64,000 nt of DNA, taken from an uncultured Methanosarcinaceae archaeon (GTDB lineage: Archaea > Halobacteriota > Methanosarcinia > Methanosarcinales > Methanosarcinaceae). Shown here piece by piece: positions 55,341 through 64,000 of the stretch. Made by a program: the position numbers and the translations under genes. Numbering within the stretch: the first letter of the stretch is position 1; each line of letters starts with the position of its first letter. The stretch covers positions 64,001 through 128,000 of the forward strand of contig CAVSHT010000009.1 in NCBI GenBank assembly GCA_963727895.1, written 5' to 3'. Below the pieces are notes generated by a model, which saw only the letters and a list, made by a program, of their open reading frames with translations, was not told the DNA's origin and ran no database searches.

Positions 55341-55772
55341 TCAATTATTGGCACTTTTAGCTTTGGCTTCTGCCTTGGAGTTAAATTTGGCAGCGTCAAT
55401 TAGAAATCTCTCATGTGTGCCCTCAGAAATCTTGTCAACGCCATCATCAGCTATAATTGAAAAAGTGAGCTTTCGTCCCTCTATTGTTTCCAATTTTGTC
55501 TTTACCGTAATGGTCAAACCGGGTGAATTAGCCGTCGAATGGCTTAATCTAACACCAGTGCCCACATTCTGCTCAGCAGGGAAGTCTAAATAGGGATTTA
55601 TTGCTTGAATACAAGTCCATTCAAATAATCCAACCATGAACCCAGTAGCAAAAACTTTTGGCATAACCTGAAATTCAGGTGATTCTGGATAAAGGAAAGG
55701 AACAGTCTTATTCTCTGATATTTTGAACTTGAATTCGTAAGCTAGACCAGGTTTCAAAGAAGAACTATCCAT
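55341..55772 (-). CDS. FlK-like hot-dog thioesterase
   Basis: VFAT.FMV...E, VG...LSH, G.HER..I; AAGGAGG SD. Confidence 0.85.
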   Translation of the reverse strand: MDSSSLKPGLAYEFKFKISENKTVPFLYPESPEFQVMPKVFATGFMVGLFEWTCIQAINPYLDFPAEQNVGTGVRLSHSTANSPGLTITVKTKLETIEGRKLTFSIIADDGVDKISEGTHERFLIDAAKFNSKAEAKAKSANN

Positions 55773-56263
55773 ATATAACCTCCTTTTAGAACATTCTACA
55801 CAAATAACTTCTTTAACTCTGGGACTTAGCAGCTGAACTGATGAAAAAGTAGCAATAAACATTAAATGTCTAAAATACAAATTAAAACAACAACTTGTAA
55901 CAACTTTTGTTTTTTAATTCAAGTACCTTAGTCTCATACTTAAGATTCTTTTAAGTTCTATTAAGTGTTTATGGTCTCAAAATAAGGAAGATGTTTAATT
56001 ACCTGATTTATAGTTAAAAATGTATAAGAGTCTATTAGATTCGTCATTTAACATGTTGTATAAATTACTTTGACCTATACCTAATATTCATTCCGGTGTG
56101 CATAGTGCCTACAACAATATAGGAAGTCACAAAACTTATCGGATAGGTTCTAGTATCAAAATAAATTTTAGAGAGGGAAAATAATGTATAAGAATATATT
56201 TTCCTTTAAATATATTTAAAGAAAAAGGTACTGGAAAATTTTGTAACTAGATTAAGAGATTTT

Positions 56264-57181
56264 TTACTTTCTCTTTTTATTTTGTTCCGTAACTAACTGG
56301 ATAGTTTCCCTGTGGAGGGTTAATATGAAATCACTCAAGGTCCCGAAAATAAACATCTGAAGGCCGAATATAATCAATAAGGTTGTAAGAATGGTAAGTG
56401 GAATATGATCGATTCTCCTGAACCACTCGATTATAACAAAAGTTCCTGTGAACAGGCCTGCCATGATTAAGATAAAACCTATAATTCCAAAGTAAAACAT
56501 GGGATTATGCATTTTTGCAAGCTTGTAAATAGTAGACCCGATTCTGAACCCATCTTTTACCGGATTTAGCTTGGTTGCACCTTTTTCACTTCTTGGGAGA
56601 TAAGTGATAGGGACTTCTTTAACCTTCTGTTTTTTAAGAATGCATTCCACAGAAATCTCGGTCTCGATTTCAAAGCCTGTCTTGTTAAGTTCAAGCTCTT
56701 TTACACTTTCAAGCGTAAATGCACGGTAGCCTGAGAGAATATCTTTTAATTTCACTTCATATGCAATGTCAAAAAACATGTTTATAAGGTGGTTGCCCAC
56801 AAGATTGAGTCTTGTAAATGCGCCAGAAGAATAGTTCTCCAGCCTGTTACCTATAACATGATCGGCGCAATTTTCCAGAATAGGTTTAAGGAGAGAATGA
56901 GCATCTTGGGCAAGATATGTACCATCTCCGTCTATTAATAATATATAAGGGCAATCTAATAACCCAAAAGCCTGAATCATTGCCTGGCCTTTACCTTTTC
57001 CAGTTTGCATGACAACTTTTGCGCCTTCAGCTTCTGCAATTTGCCCTGTGCCATCTTTGCTGTTTCCATCGATTACCAGAATGTTGGAAAAGCCTTCTTG
57101 CCTAAAGTCCTTAATAAGCTGCCCTATTGTTGCAGCTTCGTTCAGGGTGGGAATAAGAATGCAAATATCTGCGCTGTTCAC
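56264..57181 (-). CDS. aglJ: GT2 dolichol-phosphate glycosyltransferase (AglJ-like)
   Basis: IPTLNE, DG.S.DGT, GKG.A, DGDGTY, SGYRA, two C-terminal TM helices. Confidence 0.85.
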   Translation of the reverse strand: MNSADICILIPTLNEAATIGQLIKDFRQEGFSNILVIDGNSKDGTGQIAEAEGAKVVMQTGKGKGQAMIQAFGLLDCPYILLIDGDGTYLAQDAHSLLKPILENCADHVIGNRLENYSSGAFTRLNLVGNHLINMFFDIAYEVKLKDILSGYRAFTLESVKELELNKTGFEIETEISVECILKKQKVKEVPITYLPRSEKGATKLNPVKDGFRIGSTIYKLAKMHNPMFYFGIIGFILIMAGLFTGTFVIIEWFRRIDHIPLTILTTLLIIFGLQMFIFGTLSDFILTLHRETIQLVTEQNKKRK

Positions 57182-57287
57182 GTCTCACACATATCCTTTG
57201 CCGGAATCTCTACGCGCATCGCAGAATCCGTTTTATTGTAAATTAGTCTCTTTCTAGAAAAGTGGTATATTAAAATATTGAGGGTTC

Positions 57288-57839
57288 TTATAACAGTCCC
57301 ATGTTGTCGAGCTGCTGACGGACGACTTCGACACCTCTCTCACAATCATTAGGAGTCTTGCCACCTGTAACTACCAATTTTCCGGAGCTGAAAATAAGCA
57401 CAACTACTTTGGGGTCATCGATCCTGTACACAAGGCCAGGGAATTGCTCAGGCTCGTATTCAATGTTTTCAAGTCCAAGCCCTATCGCAATTGCATTCAG
57501 GTTCAAAATAGTATGCAGATCTGCGGAAGCAACAATATTCTGGACAGTAATCAGGGGGTTCTCTATCATCTTAATCCCGATGCTGCTCAGCTGTTTCGCT
57601 ATGTTACCTATAACTATGTGAACGTCGGCAACATTTTTTGCCCCTGTACAGACAACCTTGCCGGAAGTAAAGATCAGGAATGCAGCTTTAGGATCTGAAA
57701 CTCTGTATACGAGCCCAGGAAACTTCTGTTTGTTATATTCGGCTCCTTCGAACTTGGATTCAATATCATTTAAGTCGAATTCCTCAGCGAGTTTGGTGGA
57801 TGCAACCACGTTTTCGATCTTGATGCTAGATTCGCTCAT
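57288..57839 (-). CDS. tbp: TATA-binding protein
   Basis: Two repeats N.VAS...FPGLVYR..P....LIF.SGK.V.TG. Confidence 0.97.
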   Translation of the reverse strand: MSESSIKIENVVASTKLAEEFDLNDIESKFEGAEYNKQKFPGLVYRVSDPKAAFLIFTSGKVVCTGAKNVADVHIVIGNIAKQLSSIGIKMIENPLITVQNIVASADLHTILNLNAIAIGLGLENIEYEPEQFPGLVYRIDDPKVVVLIFSSGKLVVTGGKTPNDCERGVEVVRQQLDNMGLL

Positions 57840-58028
57840 TCGTAAACCCTCAGTATATAAAGCAAAGGTAATATCCTCTATCCAGTATATAAAGCTATAG
57901 TAAAATACTTTGTATACTATATAAATACTTTATATATAGAATATAAATACGACAGAAAAACTTAAATTCAGGGCTTCCATGACTAAAAAGAAATTGATAT
58001 AGAAATCAGTGAAAAATTATATTCATTT

Positions 58029-59156
58029 TCAGGCACTTCCATCTTCAAAATTCTTAAGTCCTTCAAGAACGGAATCATACTTTGTACAGACTCTCTGGAG
58101 AAGATCGCCCTCAATACTGCGGTGTGTAGGTATAAGGATCTGAGCTCCATTTCCTATTTTAGCTCCACTTTTTGAGGTTCCATAATCAGGAGCTATAAGG
58201 ATTCCATCTGCAGAAATTCTAAGGGAAAGGTCGTTTACGATTCTTGAGACCATTTCAGTTGCAGGTCTTACCTTCTTGTCGATAAGAACAGCAGAAGAAA
58301 CATATCTTTCCCTTAATCCCTCGGATTTTCTTTATGTTACTTTCTACTGTTTTGGGATCTACTATCATCGGGAAGTTCCTCGGCAATTAACGCAATCGCT
58401 TCTATAAGGTCTTCAAAAGTTGTTGAATGCACCTCAAGGATTTCTCCGTCGCAATACTGCCTTACAGTATCGGGGTAACCAGCCGAGATCACTACCACAT
58501 CTGCCTCAAGCAGGCGGGAAATTTCCTCCTTTGATGGCGAATATGCATTAGCTACAAAGTATTCCCTGATTCCACACATGACTCATCAGAGACTCATACA
58601 TTGGAGTTACAGCAATAGTCTTCTTTCCAATCCAGAGATCTATCTCACTCTGTTCTCCCTGTGATCTCAAAAGTTCAAGGATTTTTTCTTTTATGGCTTT
58701 CGGATCGTTTCTTTTGAGCCCAAAATAATCTGCAAAAAGAGGAGTTGTGGAGAGTTCCCTGCTTCTCCCGCAAGGTATAGACTCCACAAAGCCTCGCTCT
58801 ATAAGATCCTTTATGTGGTCATAAGCTCCGCTTCCTCGCATATCAATGAGATCCGACTGGAGCAAAGGCTGATGATAGGCAATCATTGAAAGGGTACGAA
58901 GTTTAGGGGCTGAAAGCTCTTTTGGAGCAACTTCCCGCATAAGTTCAGAATATTCGGGTTTTACCTGCATGACATACCTCTCTCCAAGATCAAGAATCTC
59001 TATCCCTGATCTCCGAGAAGAATAAGCCTCTGTCAATTCTTGTACTGCCAAAGCGACGGTTTTTTTGGGTTTTCCTGTGATTTTTGTAAGCTTTTCGAGG
59101 CTTACTGCCCTTCCAGCAGCGAAAAGCGCGGCTTCGATAATTTCAAGCTCACTCAT
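58029..59156 (-). CDS. scpB: ScpB with long C-terminal extension; +1 frameshifts near 58580 and 58362
   Basis: IEAALFA, L.TLS.IAY.QP, TT..F..YFG; three ORF pieces join after removing single bases. Confidence 0.85.
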
Positions 59157-59313
59157 AAATATCACTTCCAGAAAAAAAATAAAAACATTCTTCAATCATG
59201 TTAATTGGTAATCGAATGGATTTAATAATCGAAATAACTTGAGTAATGATTATTACAGGTTTTTGTTAAGAATACTACAAAATGCAAAGAATATTCAAAA
59301 TATAAAGTAATAT

Positions 59314-60333
59314 TCAAGAAACAGTTATCTCAGGTCCTTCACCCAGATTTTCATGTGGTGGAACACCTTCTGTCGAATCTGGCTCTGAGAGATCTTTAGT
59401 GTCAGATTTTGAAATTTCGGCTTTTGATTTAATTCTCATCTCATGGAAAAATGATGGATTTGCTTCTGTGGAGAAACCGGACTCTTCTCCCGGATAGATA
59501 TATAATTCGTCAAAAAGTTCCTTCTGGAAAAGCCAGATCTTCTTATTTGAGGCAAGGAAAAGAAGAGATAAATAATCCATAATTTTATCTTCACTTGTTT
59601 TCATGAAACTAGAAAAGAATACTACAGGCTGCTCTGTAAATAGTTCAGTAAGCCTTTCCCATATTATTGTCATCCGCGAGCCAATTACTTCTTCATGCGC
59701 AATTCCCAGAATGTCTCCGGTAGTAAGTTTAGGGCGAAGATCAGATTCTTCTGAACTTCGACTGGCTTTTTTTTCATTTTTTCTTGAGAGGCTTTTTTCA
59801 GCTTTTTTTAGCTCAATAATTAGTTCGTTAAGTGTGACCGGTCTCGTGGAAATCCGCCTGACAGGAAGCTTTGGAATAGGGAATTTATCAGGTTCAGTAA
59901 ACTCGGAATCATCAGAAAAATCAGGCCCAAAATCCTTGATTTCTTCCTCCTCTACCTCAAATAATCCAGAAGATTTCATGCGCAGGAGGATTGCAGAATA
60001 AAGAAGTGTCCTTGAAGAAATTCTCAGATCCATCTTTTTGAGTTCTTCTATCCTTCCCAAAAAACTGTCAGTTAACTTTACTATATCTATATCCCAGGGA
60101 TCAATTTTTCCATCCTTCACAAGCTCAACCAGTATCCCCAATGATTCAGAGGTCTCAAACTCTGAAATTTCAAGCACGTTCCAATCGATTCCAAGATCAG
60201 AAAGAGTTGTTGGCAACTCATAAGTTTCATGGTCTGTTAATAAAGAGTCCCCTTCATCGGATTCAGAAATTAAGTTATCTTGAAGTTGCTGAACTTCAAG
60301 TGCTGCTTCTGAATTGTCAGAAAATTCAGTCAT
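59314..60333 (-). CDS. scpA: Segregation/condensation kleisin ScpA
   Basis: IDPWDIDIV, LLRMKS, L.LLFL, Q.ELF..LY. Confidence 0.9.
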   Translation of the reverse strand: MTEFSDNSEAALEVQQLQDNLISESDEGDSLLTDHETYELPTTLSDLGIDWNVLEISEFETSESLGILVELVKDGKIDPWDIDIVKLTDSFLGRIEELKKMDLRISSRTLLYSAILLRMKSSGLFEVEEEEIKDFGPDFSDDSEFTEPDKFPIPKLPVRRISTRPVTLNELIIELKKAEKSLSRKNEKKASRSSEESDLRPKLTTGDILGIAHEEVIGSRMTIIWERLTELFTEQPVVFFSSFMKTSEDKIMDYLSLLFLASNKKIWLFQKELFDELYIYPGEESGFSTEANPSFFHEMRIKSKAEISKSDTKDLSEPDSTEGVPPHENLGEGPEITVS

Positions 60334-63300
60334 TAAACTTCACCCCAGTAATGCTCGTGAGGTTATTTTCCTGCATTGTAACCCCAATTGTCCGCTTTGC
60401 AGCCTGAATCATAGGTTTTCTTAAGGAAACAACAATAAACTGAACTTTTGAGCCTGAGGTTTTAACGCGTCTTGAAACTCTTTCCACATTCCTGCCGTCC
60501 AAAAACATATCGATTTCATCAAAAGCGTAAAAAGGAGCAGGACGATATTGCTGGATAGCAAATATGAAAGCAAGAGCTGTAAGGCTTTTTTCCCCTCCGG
60601 ACATTGCTTCGATCCTCTGGAGAGTTTTTTCTTTAGGCTGCGCCTGAATAGTCATCCCTCCTGCAAAAGGGTCATCGGGATTTTCAAGCAGAAGTTCACC
60701 CATACCATCGGAAAGCTCATGGAATATTTCCATGAAGTTGGAATTAATGCCTGTATAGGATTCCATAAAAGCATCCCGCTTTAATTGCTCATACTGTTCA
60801 ATGCGTTCAAGGAGTTGCTCTCTCTCGGTAAAAAGAGTGTCACGTTTTCCCTGCAAATCCGAAAGCCTTAATTCTACCTCATTATACTCGTCAATTGCTC
60901 GCATGTTTACAGGTTCAAGCTTCTTGAGGGCTTCATCTATTGCCTGAATCCGCATGTAAACGGTTTCGTAATTCGGAACCTCATCAGTTTCTTCTATGCC
61001 TCTTTTAAGGATTTCTTCAAAAAACTGCTTTTTCTGGTCAAAAAGCGCATTCTTTGTAGCCGTGAGCGTAAGCATCTGCTGCTTTGCTTTTTCAAGCGTA
61101 GTCGAGGCAATGCTTACTCTGCGCTTGGCAACACTGTGTTCAGCCTGAACCTTTTCCCGCTCTTGCTGAAGCCCTATCAATTCATCGGAAAGTTCAATAT
61201 CTCTGGTTTTCTTTTCTTCGAGTTTCTGCTCAAATTCCTTAATCTTTTTCTTCAAAGAGTTAACTTTCTCCAGTCTTGAAGCTTTCTTCTCATCAAGTTC
61301 CCGAATAAGTTCCTTTGCTTCGGTAATTTTCTGTTCAGCGTACTCTTTTTCAAGCTGCAAGGCGTTCAGAGTAGCTTCAGTATCCCGGATACGGCCATCA
61401 AGACGGCGGAGTTCTTCATCAACAAATTCGACCTTTTTATGGATTTCAGGCAGAGGAGACTCTGCAAGTTTTGCATCCAGTCCGGAAATCTGCAATCTCA
61501 AGTTCGGAAATAGCTTTTTCTTTCTCGGTTTTTTCTGCAATTACCCTGTCCATATCAGCCTTGAGTTCGGTTCTGGACTCTTCAATTGCTTTAAGATCAG
61601 CCTGTTTTTCCTCAAGAAGTTCAGCAAGTTTTGCTTCCCTACCTGCAATTTCTTCAAGCTGACGCTCTTTTCGTGAGGTATTAGCTTCGCAGTCCCGAAT
61701 TTTCCGGCTTAACTCGAAAAGATGGCTTTCAATGTTATCCTGTTTGCTTATAGCTGCATTTCGACTTGCATCAAGAGATTTGATTTCTTCCGCAAGTTCA
61801 AGCAATTTATCTTTTTCTGAAGCCGCAAAAGAAATTCCCGATTTAGAGGAAACTGATCCTCCTACCATTGCTCCGCTCTTTTCAAGAAGTTCACCTTCAA
61901 GAGTTGCCATCCTTGCTTTTCCCATGAAACAACGGGCACTGGCAAGGTTTTCCATAACAAGAGTATCCTGAAAAACATACCAGAAAGCAAGCTCAAAATC
62001 GGGATCGAACTCAATAAGATCAATTGCGTAACCTATTACTCCGTTTTCATAACTCAGGTTTTCAAGATGTTTTGCTTCTTTCATTTTGTTAAGGGGAAGA
62101 AAAGTAGCTCGTCCTCCTTTCCTTCGCTTCAGGTATTCAATTGCTTCAGCAACATCAGCATCCGTATCCACAACAATTGCTTGCATCCTGTTTCCTGCGG
62201 CAATCTCAAGAGCTGTTGAGTGTTTCTTGTCCACTTTTCCAAGCTGAGCAATGGTCCCATGAATTCCAAAAAGGTCTTCTTGCCTTGCAGCCCCTATAAC
62301 CATCTCTACAGCCCTGGAATAACTCCCTCCTTGTTCAGAAGCCCGTACCCTTGCTTCCGTAATTGCATATTCCTGCTGAAGACTGTGAAATCGATTTTCA
62401 AGGTTCCGGATATCTTCTTTTATCCTGAAATGGCTGCTTTCGATATCATCACGGTCTCGAATAAGGGATTCCATGTTTTCGGAAAGCTTTTCAAGTTCGT
62501 ACCTGACAGAGAGAGTATCACTATCTGAAGTAGTAACCGCAGTTTCAGCATCCTTAATCTGGTTTTCGATTTCCCTGAGTTCCAAAGATTTTCTTCGAAT
62601 AGTATCAAGAAACCTATCCTCAGTTCTAATTAGCTCGTTTTTTTCGTTTTTTGCATCTTCAAGTTTCTTTCTGACCTCCATGAGCTCATCCCTTGTAGCA
62701 GCAAATTTTGCGTCTACACCCGCAATTTTACTCTGGAGCAGCATGCGCTCGGTTTTACGTTCAGAAAGCTCTGAAGAGATGCTGTCTTTTCTCAGAGTTT
62801 CAGCTTCAACTTTTTCTTCGAGTTCTCTTATTTTGCCCTTTGTAGAATCAATCTCTACAAAGGCTTTCCTGCGTCTTGAATCAGAGTCCTCAAGTTCAGA
62901 TTCCGACAGTTCGATACTATCTACACAGCGAGAGATTTCTCCTTTAGTTTCCTCAATCTCTCTTTTAATTTGAAGCTGTTCATCCTCTCCTTTTTTTCTG
63001 ATTTCAACAGAAAGTTTTTCCAGTGTTTCTTCAAGAACCTGAAGTTCCTGCGCTCTTTCACCCAGGATGATCTTGACTTTTTCAAGATGTTCTTCCTTTC
63101 CTGCAAGTTCCTTATCCACGTTCTGCAGTTCAGCTCTTGCATCCTTGAGTTTGGAAAGCAGGACATACCCTTCGAATTTGATTTTTTCAGCCTTAAGCGC
63201 CTGGTATTTTAAGGCCTGGTCTCGTTCCCCTGCAAGTTTTTCTAACTGAGTGCGTACTTCTTCAAGGATTATATCTACACGCTCGATTTGCTGTCTTACT

Positions 63301-63855
63301 ATTTCCAGTTCTCCAAGTGCCTTTTGCTTGCGTTCGTCAAATTCTGAAACCCCTGCGATTTCGTCGATAATCTTTCTTCTTTCCACAGAGGTCATGGAAA
63401 TAATCTGCGTAATATCTCCCTGCATAACTACATTGTAACCTTCAGGCGTTATTCCTGCTTTTGCAAGCTGGGAATGGATTTCCCCGAGACTTACGGATTT
63501 TCCATTGAAATAAAAATAGCTGTAGTACCCGCTTTTTGTTCGCCGAATCTTTCTTGAGACCTCAATTTCGTCAAGTTCCAGAGGTAACTTATGGTCAGAG
63601 TTGTCAAAACGAATCGTAACCTGGGCAAAATCAGGTTTTTTTGTCGGATCTCCATTGTAAATCAGATCAGTAAGTTTTTCAGCTCGAAGAGTCCTTGAAC
63701 TGGTGAGCCCCAGTGCAAAGAGAATCCCATCTATTATGTTAGACTTTCCACTACCATTAGGACCGGAAATTGTGGTAAAGTCATTATAAAAGGAAATCTT
63801 TACTTTTTTTCCCAAAGGACTTAAAATTAATAAATTCAATCTCTTTTATATACAC
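60326..63855 (-). CDS. smc: Chromosome segregation protein SMC; +1 frameshifts near 63805-63810 and 61497
   Basis: GTG start MYIKEIEFINFKSFG, GPNGSGKSN, hinge GRATFLPL, MSGGEKS, FDEID. Confidence 0.93.
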
Positions 63856-63910
63856 AGAATTCCTCTGCAATTTTACGTTTTTGAGCAAGTTTCGGTCTTT
63901 TTAAATCTTA

Positions 63911-64000
63911 TTACGCCCGAGAACTTTTTCGGCTACATGTAATGACTTCAACATCTTCATTTTCCCGCACGTCCACGGATTCTTCTATGAGATGTTTTTT
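63911..64000 (-). CDS. 3' end of an upstream gene (partial, unidentified)
   Basis: Open frame KKHLIEESVDVRENEDVEVITCSRKSSRA* running off the window edge. Confidence 0.4.
   Translation of the reverse strand, partial: KKHLIEESVDVRENEDVEVITCSRKSSRA

Noticed and set aside
1..64000. DGR reverse transcriptase or template repeat, pyl genes, rRNA/tRNA, CRISPR-cas
   Set aside because: None detected within this window

Overview
AT-rich chromosomal segment of a methanogenic archaeon, almost certainly Methanosarcina (hdrCB, F420-linked genes, methanogenesis marker 8, archaeal ftsZ-secE-spt5-rpl11/1/10/12, TBP, PAN). Core content: glnA, a split archaeal glutamate synthase operon with an FrhB-like subunit, npdG, hdrC/hdrB, mrp, thioredoxin-ccdA, the cbiTLFGHC cobalamin operon, a DRE-TIM synthase with a beta-decarboxylating dehydrogenase, tatD, aMBF1, pan, radical SAM, ogt, a secreted M3 peptidase, thiC, aglJ, tbp and smc-scpA-scpB. 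Mobile DNA: four IS1-family copies, one IS110 nested inside an IS1, and a MITE. Most notable: (1) two effector-plus-FGE-sulfatase (CLec-fold) genes, SEFIR/TIR and caspase-like. The caspase one ends in a GC-rich, NNC-codon-rich tail typical of a diversity-generating retroelement (DGR) variable region, with no RT in the window. (2) In-frame TAG codons in glutamate synthase and the IS110 transposase, while no intact gene here stops on TAG, which suggests pyrrolysine readthrough. (3) A structured IS110 non-coding end carrying segments that match both target and donor junctions (bridge-RNA candidate). Many isolated +1 insertions in housekeeping genes look like sequencing errors. All calls come from reading the sequence and recognising motifs; no searches were run.
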